The notes under the pieces: generated by a model
What the model was told of the DNA's origin: nothing
What the model saw: only the letters and a program-made list of their open reading frames with translations
Databases searched by the model: none
Assembly: GCA_964016885.1 (NCBI GenBank)
Contig: OZ024740.1
Coordinates: 291,028,001-291,092,000 of the forward strand
Length of the DNA stretch: 64,000 nucleotides
Direction of reading: 5' to 3'
Source of the DNA: Eledone cirrhosa
Taxonomy: Eukaryota
Translations under genes and position numbers: made by a program
In this document: positions 38,706-51,130 of the stretch, piece after piece
Position numbering within the stretch: position 1 is the first letter of the stretch
Layout: each line of letters begins with the position of its first letter

Positions 38706-39344
38706 ATATACATATATATACAAAAAAAAAGAAAAACAAGCAATAAAGCTATCTTCTTTTTGTGTCTCTTATTCCAGGAAAACTATTTATTTTGTTTAGT
38801 TCTATTTTGACCCTGATTTTGCAAATATGCTCGTACACTTTTACAGTTACACCTGTCTCGCATTCCATGTGAAATTTTCGTATTTCACTTTTTTTTTGTA
38901 AATCTTTTGAATGACCGTCAGAAATAAGTTCACAATTAAAATAGATTTAATTTAAACAAAATACAAATAAAAAGAGAAAAAATAAAAGGGAAAAAATAAA
39001 GAGAAAAAGATAAAGAAAAAAAACACAGGCAAGTAATACACACAACTAAGACCGCATACAACAAAGGGAAGGCGAAAGGGGTGGAAAACGAATCGCTGCC
39101 AGTACAAAAGTTAACAATATCGCGAGGAGCACTGGAAAACCACTCTAATAATTTTTGAGGCAAGCCAGCACGCTCGTAGCGTTACCTCGAGAATTATTCG
39201 TGCTTTTAGTTACCGGATGGTGGGCACCGTTGGAGTTCCTAGTTATAGGTTTTCAGCTGTTACAACAGGGTTTTGTTTTCAGGAACCGTATATCTAGGAT
39301 TACATTATTTAGCGTGTTCTATCTTCTTTTTAAAAACTAACGAG

Positions 39345-39530
39345 TGAATTAGCTGCTATTTCTAGCAAGTAGAGTGACGACTGTAGCAGGGAATTAGCTG
39401 CTATTTCCAACAAGTGGAGTGACCATTGTAAGGTGTGAATTAGCTGCTATTTCCAACAAGTCAAGTGACCACTGTAAGGAGGGAATTAGCTGCTATTTCT
39501 AGAAAGTTGAGTGACCACATAGAGGTTATC
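39345..39530. repeat. Tandem repeat of about 45 bp, 4 copies
   Basis: gaattagctgctatttc.a.caagt..agtgac.actgta. Confidence 0.85.
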
Positions 39531-40129
39531 TCATTTGTTCGAGTAATAATGTTTTATTATGTTTAATGCTGTAAAAAAACTGGCCAAATGGACATGAAAC
39601 AATGATGATGATAATGAATGCGGCTCTCTATACACAAACAAACAAACCGAAAACATTTGAGATAACTGAAGGAATAAGGCAAAAAGCTCTAAAATTCCTG
39701 TGTAATGAACCAAATAAACAATAATTTTGATAAACAATCTATTTTTATAATATTGATATAATCAGCATTGATTGAGCAGATCTATGATCAAAGGTGTCCC
39801 AGCCACAAGCACTCTGTGGTCTTCCTTTTTCAGGACATGATGTAGTATGAGGATAATTTAATTTTGGTGCTATTTCTAACAGATCAAGAGATCGTGTAGT
39901 GGCTATCTTTGTGACCAACGATCATAACATTAACATGCTGATGACTAAAAAATATTTTGTTTCGTGTCAAGGTTTTTTTTGAGAAGTATACTTTTTGAAC
40001 TTAGTAGAGCTTCAGTAAGCAAATAATATGTTGGTGAATGTGGTATTTAAGATTAATATATATATTAGGGTAAAGACCCATGCTAGCGTGGAAGATGGAC
40101 GTTAAACGAAGATGATGATGATGATGATG

Positions 40130-40448
40130 GTCACAAATGACCAAGGGATATGCACCTACAAAGTTCCCCTCTGAGAAACAAGTCCGGGCAAGGTTGTTTG
40201 TGGAAGATCAGTAGTCGCCCATGCATACCAGCCTTCCCTCTCCACTCCAGCGATGTTGTCCAAGGGAAAGGCTATGACCGATACAGCTTGGCACCAGTGA
40301 TGTCGTAACTCATTTCTACAGCTGAGTAAACTGGAGCAACGTGAAATCAAGTGTCTTGCTCAAGGATACAGCACATCACTCAGTCCGAGAATCGAACTCA
40401 CAACCTCCTGATTGCAAGCTCAATGCTCTAACCACTAAGCCATGCGCC
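40130..40448 (-). mobile_element. tRNA-derived SINE family 2
   Basis: Reverse complement of the 27040 head (gcatggcttagtggttagagcattg...ccttgagcaagacacttg). Confidence 0.8.
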
Positions 40449-40583
40449 ATCACAATATATTTATATATCATCATCAGCATTTCTGTTTAACGTTAATTCT
40501 TCCATGCTTGCATGAGTTAGATGGGTCGTCCATGCCGGGTGGCAAGTCTGGTCATGATTGGTCATGTCGCACCTTGCTCTGTA

Positions 40584-40629
<46 letters not shown>

Positions 40630-40632
<3 letters not shown>

Positions 40633-40797
40633 CAGAGGAGTTGTGGTAAGGAACCAGATGGACCATAATGCACCAGAGTACTCAATACTTAGGGTAGTAT
40701 AGTGGGTAATAGGAGAAAGTATGACTCCGACGGCAGAGCCGTTTCAACAGCTATTTCTGGGTCCAGAAATAACCGTCGGGGTCATACTTTCTCCTAT
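40630..40797. mobile_element. Short fold-back element, second member of the 37328 family
   Basis: Shared ggaaccagatggaccataa.gcacca.agtactcaatacttag; inverted repeat ataggagaaagtatgac...gtcatactttctcctat. Confidence 0.65.
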
Positions 40798-40925
40798 ATA
40801 TATATATATAGTATAAGTGATTCAGTGAATTACTGGAGATACCAATATATATATATATATATTAGTAACACCAGTAATTCACCTATACTATATATATTTT
40901 CTTTTTCTTTGCTAACTTATTCTTG

Positions 40926-41840
40926 AGAGGGTCGTGGGGGTAGAGTCCTTGAGCACGCCTTCCAGCGGGTCCTGTCAGAGGCAACTGTTTCCAATAGTTC
41001 CAGTTGGATCCCCAAGTGAGATCAGCCAAGCTCATGGATATTATCCAACCATCTTTTAGGGTCTACCCTTGAATCTCCTGCCGGTTAGTTTTGCCTTTAA
41101 AATCTGGTCAGTGATTCTTTCCTGAGACATTCTAACCACATGCCTGTAGTACCAGAGCTGTGATCTCTCAATTCAGAGAAGTAGCAGTTCTACCTGAAGT
41201 GACTCTCTCATCTCTGAGCTATGCACTCTATCGAGTAACATAACTTCAGAGACCCTTCGGAGGAACTCCATTTCGGCTGCTTGAATTTGTGATCGTTTAC
41301 TTTTGGTCGTTACCCAAGAATGAAGACCATAGGTAAGGGTTAGAATCAATATTGAATTGAAGATAGCAAGTTTGACTTTTACACCAACCTCTCTTCTTCT
41401 GATGACCAAATGCTGAAGTTGGCGCATTACTGCACCTGCTCCTGCAATTCTTGCACTTAATTCAGCCTCCTAATAACCAGATGGGGATCAGTTGACAGCT
41501 CAGCTTCCCTCTTAACATGAACATCCAGCACAGAATTGAAGAGATCAGAAACGATAACAAAATCAATTATTGATCTCTGTTCCTCATTCTCCTTATACCA
41601 TGTATATTAATGGATGTCTCTGTGCTGGAAGAAAGAGTTCATAATAGAAAATCCATTGCTAGAACAGACGTCTAATAAGGCCTCTCCATTTGTATTTAGA
41701 TTGGGACCACTGTTCCTTCCAATCACTCCTTTCCATGTCAGGTGGTCAGTGCCAACATGTGCATTTAAGTCTCCCATTAGGATATATGACTTAGTCACAA
41801 TTACATCTAATGCTGCAGTGACTTCACCCAAGAAACTTCT
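40926..41840 (-). mobile_element. Expander/Rex3-like RTE (family D), decayed, internally deleted
   Basis: GDLNAHVG...NGEALLDVC...NSFFQHRDIH and RSQIQAAEMEFLRRV...RESLQVELLLL. Confidence 0.75.
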
Positions 41841-42316
41841 GTATTTGGATCAAAGTTGTAGCTGCAGTAGAGCAATACTGTTTGAGGCAGTTACAAAGCA
41901 CTCAATGGTGTTAATACATTTTCATCCAGAGTAAGAAAATGTGAAACCAAGGATAAAACGACCAAGTGTATGTGGCCATAGTTTATAACTGCAACAACAA
42001 TAAATACAAACAGGTAGGAGACTAACCTGGACCATCTCGAATAATCAATAGAAATCGATGAAAATCTTCGATAGATTTCTGGGATGCGAGAAAGTGCACC
42101 ACGAATTGCACAATGCATATATATGCAAGTCTAGCTATTGTTTAGCGAGATCCGTTCCTCAGCAGGTGTTCGTTCAGTAGTATCCAACGTAGTTCTGCTT
42201 GGACTAAACAGGGAAGCATTATATTGTAGTAGTAAATTCTCCTATGTCATCACATGAAGGTCATTTTCAAACTTTAGGCAGGTAAATTCAAGCGGCGGCT
42301 TATTCTTGATTCATTC

Positions 42317-43860
42317 TTATAGTTGCTTCACAAAAAAGAAAGCATCTGTAGTACTATTCCTTGGCATGAAACAACTGCATCTTGTCAAATTTGTCTTTTT
42401 CCTTAATTAGCTGTGTTATAACTCTTTCTGCCATTTTCATAACTTGTCCATTAGTTTTATTTCTCTATAGCTGCTTCTTTCTAGAGCATCATCTTTGCCC
42501 TTGTAGCAATTTCTGATTGTATTACTGTGCCGGTCATTGGCTATGACTCCACCCTGTATTACTTGATTGACTATGCGAGCTCACTAGTTCAACTCTACTT
42601 TTGATGCTTTTAGAATTTCAGCAGTTATCTCTGATGGTCCCACAGTTTTACGACTCTTCATCTCCTTAATTGCTATTTTTACTCTATAACTGTCAACTTC
42701 AATAGCTGGTCCTTCTGTTGGCTAAGTTGGAGGTAGTCTTTCCTTGTCCTATTCATTCTCTGCATTAATCAATCTTTCATAATAACATTTCCAAGCCTCT
42801 TTCTTTTGAGCATCAATGATGTAAGTACACTGGTGTCATATCTAACACATTTTTCTCCAACTACATCCTGATTTACACTGACACACTACCATGTGATGCA
42901 GAACACTTCACAACTCTGGTCCTTATGTTGCAAGACATTAGAAAACTTTCTTTTTTCAACCTCTCTGTAACTGCGTATATCTGTCATCTAGCATCTCTCT
43001 TAGCCATCTGGTACCGGTCTCTACTACCCCTATTTTTCCATGCCTGTCTCTTGGCTTTAATGGCTCTATCCCCTGTGCTCTTCCACCACCAGATTACTGT
43101 CTGTCTGGCTGGTGCTTTGCTCCAGCCATAAGTCTCATCAATTGTTTGCAAAAGTTTGCCTCACAAGAATTTCCAGTTGTCCTCTACATTATATGTATCT
43201 AGCTTGTCACCCTTTCATCAAATGCATCCCATAGGGCCTTTCTAAACCTATATTTAACTGAAAGGTCCTTTAGCTTCCACAGCCTCTGTCTCCATGTTTT
43301 CCTGTGTATGTTGTTCTGACTTGTGTTTAATCTGATGTCACTAATAACTAACTTATGTTGGACGACACATTCTTTCCCAGGGAAGGCCTTAGCATTTATT
43401 ACAGTCCGTTTATCTCATTTTACAAGTAAGAAATCAATTTGGCATGGATGGTATGTGATCAGATGGCTAGCCTGTTTCCTGAAATTTTTGTTACACATGG
43501 TTAGTTCATTTGCTTCACAAAATTCCCTCTTCATTTCTTGAGCTGTAACCATAGCCACTGCGGACTCCAGTGAATTCATCCTGATACTGTCCTAACATGT
43601 CTAATGAGGTCTCTTTCATAAATAGCTGAGGTTTTCAGTAAAAGTTCCTCATAGAACCTGCCCTTTTGTTCTTTACTCAGTCTTGTCTGTGGTGCATAGG
43701 TAGATGGAATTGTTACTATTCTATTTCCTACAGCTATTCTAAGCTTGATAATTCAGTCACTTATTCTAACTACTTCTATCACCTTATCTATCCATTTCTC
43801 AGCGAGCAGAATACCTACCCCATCGTCATTTCCTTCCCTGTCACTCTTCCCTTTGATTAC
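42317..43860 (-). mobile_element. Old, degenerate RTE related to family A
   Basis: Nucleotide similarity to the family A APE-RT region (for example gctggtccttctgttggc, tttgcccttgtagcaatt); no intact ORF. Confidence 0.65.
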
Positions 43861-43869
43861 TCCTGCATT

Positions 43870-44253
43870 AAATTATGAACGTTTCTATCAATACAGTAAG
43901 AAATTCCCTCTTTTCTTCTACTGATTTCTTCAGAATCTATTAAACATAAACAATTAAGTTATCTATGTTGTTTAATAGATTCTGATGAAATCAGTACAGA
44001 GGAAAAAAATGGAATTTCTTACTGTATTGATAGAAACGTTTGTAATTCAATTAAAAAAATTATGTAATTTAATCCTGGTTATTTTCATTTATTTTATATA
44101 TGATCTGTGATATTGTAAAACTACTGTGACTGGAAATATACCAATTGGATTAAACTCTGATCTGTCTTTTATCTAACTGTGGACTATAAAATCCCATTTG
44201 AGCTTTGAATTATTCTTTGCTTTTATATGGTTGTGTTATCAACTCATCTAAAC

Positions 44254-44255
<2 letters not shown>
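43870..44255. mobile_element. Fold-back mini-element with hammerhead motifs at 43978-44048 (+) and 43870-43937 (-)
   Basis: Inverted repeat 43870-43946/43969-44048; CTGATGA, stem II atcagtac...gtattgat, GAAA cgtttg TA; stem I imperfect. Confidence 0.6.
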
Positions 44256-44297
<42 letters not shown>

Positions 44298-44309
44298 GCA
44301 AGGAGAGAA

Positions 44310-44388
44310 ATCCACTGAAGAGTTACGACTGTAATATAAATTCTTCACATTATAGCGAAACATGATTCTAATTTGAATATGTCTGGAT
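44310..44388 (+). ncRNA. Canonical type I hammerhead ribozyme with GUC cleavage site
   Basis: Stem I atcca/tggat; CTGAAGA 44315-44321; G-C closed stem II; GAAA 44357-44360; stem III cat.attc/gaat.atg; GTC. Confidence 0.8.
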
Positions 44389-44788
44389 GTTATAGTTATA
44401 ATAGTCGGTTTGTACACTTTGATTTATTCTTTTAATTAATTTATATTCACCCTTCCATCTGTAGTTGATATGTTAATCACCCTGGTGGTTTTATATTCCC
44501 TATGACTGAACACATGTTTATGTGTATTTCTCTCCTTACTGTTTTATAAAGAGCTCGGAATTTGTTCCTTAAGCTTATTTAATTATAGGAGATTATTGAG
44601 TTTTTAACTCAACATTTTAATTAATTATATATATATATATATAATAACTTACACATTGAAAACAAAATTTAGGAAATATGAAAGTGAGGCTGAAATCAAA
44701 TATTTTTTGCCCGTTATTTGATTTCAGCCTCACTTTCATATTTCCTAAATTTTGTTTTCAAATCCATATTTAATAAACATTCCATGTT

Positions 44789-44852
44789 ATTCTTTCTGAT
44801 GACTGAAGACAGATATAAATATCTGTCTTCAAGAAACCACTGGTAAATGAAT
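44789..44852 (+). ncRNA. Type I hammerhead ribozyme in fold-back element 44643-44926
   Basis: CTGATGA 44796-44802; stem II tgaagacagatat/atatctgtcttca; GAAA; ccactgg; UA; upstream inverted repeat 44657-44761. Confidence 0.75.
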
Positions 44853-44948
44853 TAATTATCTTATGTTGTTTATTACATAACTAAAAAGCTCTGTAGCCTT
44901 TACCTTTCCTACGGAAATACTTCATTTATATATATATATATATATATA

Positions 44949-45228
44949 TCATCATCATCATCGTTTAACATCCATCTTCCACGCTAGCATCGGTTTAGAC
45001 AGGAATTGTCCCACTTGAGGCAAGATTGGTTGTCTTGCTCGTATAGGACTGTCTGGCAGGTTTTCTACGGTTGGATGCCCTTCCTAACACCAACCACATT
45101 TACAGTGTGGACTGGGAGGTTTTTACCATGTTACCTACATGCCCACATTACAGCGTGGACTGTGTGTTTTTTTGTCGTGACACCTACACAACCTCATTTA
45201 TTTAGGACTGGATGTTGTTGTACCAACA
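44949..45228 (-). mobile_element. RTE family A 3' UTR fragment
   Basis: (CAT)n tail + shared UTR. Confidence 0.85.
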
Positions 45229-45310
45229 TATATATATATATATATTGATTAAATAAAATAGTCTAATAATAATGGGGTGTATAATCCTACAGAACGGAAA
45301 ATGATGAGCA

Positions 45311-45381
45311 GGTTCTTTAGTGCAATGGCAGCACAGCAATATGGTATATTGCAGGTGCTGGTTCAAGTCCCATGGGCGGCG
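45311..45381 (+). pseudogene. tRNA-like sequence (GGT in the anticodon position), degenerate
   Basis: D arm gtgc/gcac, anticodon arm gcaat/attgc, GGTTCAAGTCC B box; acceptor and T stems poorly paired. Confidence 0.55.
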
Positions 45382-45649
45382 CTGTACACATTTTTTCTGT
45401 CTCTAGGGTTTATTTATATTCTAAACTTATTAGACTGTTTTTCATAGTCAAAAGAAAAACGTTGGTGCTTCTAACTTACACATTGAAACTATATATATAT
45501 TTATATATATACAGTATATATGAATGTATGTATAGTATATTTGGTAATATACCGTATGTTTAATTAAAAACATTTTGAAGACCTTGCGCTATCATTTTAA
45601 AGTAGTGACTATGTCACTTACTTCTTTTTTCGGCAAAGAAGGGAGAGAA

Positions 45650-45690
45650 ACTGACAGATTCTGTTTCACAATGTTGGTGTTCCTCAGAGC
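45650..45690 (-). ncRNA. Minimal hammerhead ribozyme
   Basis: Minus strand: gct CTGAGGA aca-ccaacat-tgt GAAA caga-a-tctg TC agt. Confidence 0.7.
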
Positions 45691-45774
45691 AACGTACTCG
45701 CTGACCTCTGCCGAAAATTATAGAGGCTGGATTCTTATAGAATTCCAATAATAATCAGGAACTGATTATATATA

Positions 45775-48700
45775 TCATCATCATCATCATCATCATCGTT
45801 TAACGTCCATCTTCCACGCTTGCATGGGTTTGGACGGGAGTTTTCCCACCTGAGGCAAGATTGGTTGTCCTGCTCGTATAGGACTGTTTCCTAACACCAA
45901 CCACGTTTACAGTGTGGACTGGGAGGTTTTTACCGTGTTACCTACACGGCCACATTACAGCGTGGACTGTGTTTTTTTTTTTGTCGTGACACCTACACAA
46001 CTTCATTTGTTTCGGACTGGATGTTGTGGTACCAACATAACTTCACATTTAAGGGGATGGTGTGGATGGGGTGGGGGTAGTGGGACGGGGGTGTATTTCG
46101 TTAGAGGTGCCTACTGACTGTAGCTTTCGCTTTGTACTTAGGCAAGGCGGGTCTTCTGTATAACTGTGTAGCGCCAAAGCTCTCGGTCCAGTGACATTGC
46201 CTTGGAGAGGTGTAAGTGTGTGAGGTCGGAATTTATCAAGTCGTCCCAGGTTTTTCTGGGTCTGCCTACTCCGTGGCTACTGTCTATTTTTATCGCCCTG
46301 CACTTTTTTATACAGCTGTCGTCTTTCATGCGCATCACATGACCGTACCAACGTAGTCTTCTCTCGAGTAAATAACATCTGATCCCTCTTATTCCTAATT
46401 TCTCCCTTAGCTCGTTTATGCTTTGCCGTTCACGTATATTATTGTTACACATCCAGCGGAGCATGCAAGCTTCGTTTCTCTCCAGTCTGCGTATATCCTC
46501 TGCACACAATGCCCAGGTCTCACTGCCATGTAACATTGCTGTTCGTATGCAGGCATCATACAGCCTGCCTTTCATTTTTAGAGAGAACGCTTTACCTGTG
46601 ATCCCACTACATCTTTTATGTACCCATACTTTGCATTTGGGACATAAAATGGAGTTTCTGTGTACTCCTTTCCTACACACTGAGCATGGCCATTTCCCAG
46701 ATGGGACCGGTGCCCTATTTTCCTTCCTACAAACTAGAACTTTAGTCTTAGACAAGTTAACTTTAAGGCCTTTTGATTCTAGGCCATGCTTCCATGTTTG
46801 GAATTTCTTCTTTAGTTCAGCCATTGATTCAGCTATGAGCATTAGATCATCTGCATATAGGAGTTCCCATGGGCAGCCGGTCTTGAACTCCTCTGTTATA
46901 GCCTGAAGGGCAATAATAAATAGTAGGGGCTAAGGACGGAGCCCTGATGAACACCAACTTTTACGCTAAACTCTTCACTATATTCGTTGTTAATTCTAAC
47001 CTTGCTGACTGTTTCTTTATACATGGCTTGTATAGCTCTCACAAGCCATTCATCAACACCTTGTTTTCTAAGGGCCCACCAGATAATCGAGCGGGATACT
47101 CTGTCAAAGGCTTTCTCCAAGTCAACAAAAGCTAAGTATAGGGGTTTACTTTTTGCTAGGTACTTCTCCTGTAGTTGTCGTACAATGAAAAGAGCGTCTG
47201 TTGTACTTTTACCTGACACAAACCCGAACTGCATTTCGTCTAGATCAATTCGCTCTCTGATTAGTTGCGCTATTACTTTTTCTGTGACCTTCATGACCTG
47301 GTCAATTAATTTAATGCCTCTATAGTTTCCCCTATCTAGGGCATAACTTTACCTTGTAGCAGTTAATGATGATGCTGCTGCGCCAGTCCTTCAGAACAAC
47401 CCCATTCTGTATGACTTGGTTTACTATCCGGGTGACCATAGTGTGTCCCACCGTTCCAGATGCTTTCAGCATTTCGGCAACTATTTCCGAAGGCCCGGCC
47501 GCCTTGCCCGTCTTCATGTCTTTGATCGCCTTACTTATTATACTACCTTCAACTTGCACTGCTGGTCCCTCTATTGGGTCGATGTGGGGGAGACTGTCTT
47601 TCTCCCAATTATTCTCCTCATTTAGTAGCCTTTCGTAGTGACACTTCCAAGCTACCTTCTTATCAGCGTCAGTGATGGCAAGTACACCATCATCATTAAG
47701 GACACACTTCTCCCCGACAATATCACTGTTTTCCTTGACACATTGCCTAGCAATCCTGAACACCTCACGTTTTTGGTCCTCGCGTTGTAGAACATGCTTG
47801 AACTTTCTTTCCTCTGTTTCCCTTCTTGCGAAGTACACTTGTCTCCTAGCTTCCCCCCTGGCTATTTGATAGTCTTCTCTACTTCCCCCTTCCCGCCATG
47901 CTTTCCAAGCCTGCTTTTTGGCCTTGATTGACCTCTCCACCTTACTGTTCCACCACCAAGTTACTCTCCTCCTGCCTATAGGTCTGCTCCAGACACAGGT
48001 TTCATCTGTCGCCTTCAGCAGGTTAGCTTTCAGGAATTCGCACTGTTCCTCTATATTGTACGACTCTAATTGCTCTTCCTTACTGTCAAAAGCATCAAGT
48101 AATATGCTTTTAAATTTATTACTGGCTGTGGGGTCCTTTAACTTCCATATTTTTCTCCTGAGGATAGTCCTCTTCTGTTGTCGAGTACGTCTCGTCCTGA
48201 CTATGAGATCGCTAATTATGAGTCTATGTTGGGAGGTGCATTCTTCATGGGGGAGGGATTTAGTGTGTACAACAGACACTCTGTCACGTCTCCTGGTAAG
48301 GATATAATCTACCTGGCTTGTGAGTTCCCCCGATCTATAGGTGATCAAGTGATTGTCTTGTTTTTTGAAGTTAGTGTTACAGATAGTTAGGTTTTTTGCG
48401 TCACAGAATTCCAGGATTCTGGAGCCTTCCTCATTTCTAGCACCAAACCCATAGCCTCCATGGATTCCGTCATAGCCGTCACAATGTTGTCCGTGACCAT
48501 TTAGGTCGCCAGCAATAATTATATAGTCACTGTTGCTTATTTGGGAGGTAGTGAGCATCAGTGTCTCATAGAATCTGTCTTTTATAATGCCGGGCAGTCC
48601 GGATTGCGGTGCGTACACAGATATTACTGTCACAGTAGTTCTATTGAGGACAAGTCTTATTTTAATTATTCTGTCGTTCACTCTATTTACGTCTGTTATC

Positions 48701-49200
48701 TTATCTGCCCTCTTTTCTGCTACCATGATTCCTACTCCACCCAGCCCATTGTCATTTCCCACCCAGAAAAGCTTATAGCATCGTTCTTTACCCACGATGA
48801 ATCTAGCAGACCCACCCCTCCACCTGGTTTCTTGAATACAACAAACATCGACCTCCTTACGTTCAAGCATTTCTACAACCTCGTTAGAGCGACCCTTTAA
48901 GGTGCCTACATTCATGGTACCAACTCTGAAGTTTTGGATTGCGTTTGGAGGGAGGGAGCGGTGGGGATGGGGGAGATGGGGTTATGTTAGCCATCTGCGG
49001 CCGAAACAAAGAGGAGGAGTCCTTGCATTCTCGTCCATGAGGTCAATTTGTCTCTATCTTTGGCATTGTCACTGAGTGTCCAGATTTTTTCTTTTCAAAC
49101 TCTCCAGAATTCCGTAGTCCATCCATCATATCGAAAGGCAACCAGGTAAGCGATAGCATAGGCCGCTGACTTATGATTGGCCCACGTAATAATGGTGGTG
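45775..49200 (-). mobile_element. RTE family A, apparently full length including 5' UTR, frameshifted
   Basis: APE ORF 47332-48915, RT fragments 46138-47294, GC-richer upstream region to about 49200, (CAT)n tail. Confidence 0.9.
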
Positions 49201-49684
49201 CGTGAGGGCGGGTGGGAGGGATATTGGGTAGTTAGCGAGAAGGTTAAGGTTTAAATAAGATCCTCGTATTTTGGGCATAATTTAACAAGCATAAAACAAT
49301 AATACAAGATTTGTTTTGAAAAATATGCTAGAATTATCGAATAGAAAAGCAAAGATTGGATTCGGGGAGAAATGATACAGATTGATGAATGGACTGGGGA
49401 ATTAAAATGATGAGAAGAGTGAAGAAATATTTGTATGTTACATTACACCGTGATAGCAGCTTAGCCTGAATAGGGTTGGCGATTTTTCAGGTTTCGTACT
49501 TGCATATATATATATTTCCAACAGATGGTGACATGTTTTTACCCAAAGAAATTTTTTTTCCTTTCTGCCAGTGCCCAGTCTCCTCTATTTTTCTAATTTT
49601 TAAATTTCTTATTCTATTTTCTGTTGAAGGACTAGCATCTGAAAGATCGAGACTCTTTTCTAACTATACCAAACGTAAAACTAA

Positions 49685-49802
49685 TAATTGTTTCTACTTT
49701 AGGCACAAGGCCAGCAATTACCCAGTGCATTACTGGTACTTTATTTTATCGACCCCGTAAGGAGGGAAGGCAAAGTCAACCTCGGCGGGATTTGAACTCA
49801 GC
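49685..49802 (-). mobile_element. SINE family 1
   Basis: Near-identical to the reverse complement of 53555-53670. Confidence 0.8.
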
Positions 49803-49846
49803 CTCTAATTGTGCTTTGTTATTTCTGTTTGCCTTTTGAACGCATG

Positions 49847-50485
<639 letters not shown>

Positions 50486-50491
<6 letters not shown>

Positions 50492-51130
50492 ATGATATAA
50501 ATAAATGGAAACTATCTTTATAAAACCATATTTATTTTATTATAAATATTTCAAGGGTTCCAAAATTTTGGTACGGTCTCATCAGATAAAATACAAAAGT
50601 TGTTTTATAAATAGTGACATATCCAAAAAACAAGAACTTATCATTTTAAGTTCAGTTTGGATAGTGAAAGAAATTTCAAATCTTAGGATGAATATGTTAA
50701 TGAGGCTAAACATACAGTTGAAAAAGATCGTTATATTTAGATGCTAGGTAAATTAAAATAATTATTAGGATAATTTTTTAAGGGAAGAAGAGAGAGAGGT
50801 TAATATTAATATTAGGGTGTAAGAAAATTTAAGGAATGAGTATAAGAAAAAAAGTATATTATAGTTAGAAATACACTATTATTATTAAAACGATAAGTTC
50901 TTGTTTTTTGGATATGTCACTATTTATATAACAACTTTTGTATTTTATCTGATGAAAGTGTACCAAAATGTTGGTACCCTTGAAATATATATAATAAAAT
51001 AAATATGGTTTTACAAAGATAGTTTCCATTTATTAATATCATTGATATTATACTCCAGAAGAATATTGTAGAGTGCTTCAAATCTGTTATAAATAAATTT
51101 GTTGAATAACCAACAAATTAAATATCTCTT
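50486..51130. mobile_element. Fold-back mini-element with about 165-bp inverted arms, each carrying a hammerhead
   Basis: 50486-50649 is the inverted repeat of 50886-51048; tail to about 51130. Confidence 0.75.
50941..51001 (+). ncRNA. Type I hammerhead ribozyme; mirror copy at 50533-50593 on minus strand
   Basis: Stem I tattttat/ataaaata; CTGATGA 50949-50955; stem II aag.gtacca/tggtac.ctt; GAAA; tatata; UA. Confidence 0.8.

Noticed and set aside
12837-48900. Repeated antisense ORFs such as MLILTLLTVSL... and MLCRSR...
   Set aside because: Shadow frames on the opposite strand of RTE copies.
49618-49655. CTGTTGA...GAAA-gatc degenerate hammerhead
   Set aside because: The core is mutated, and there is no UH site or stem I.
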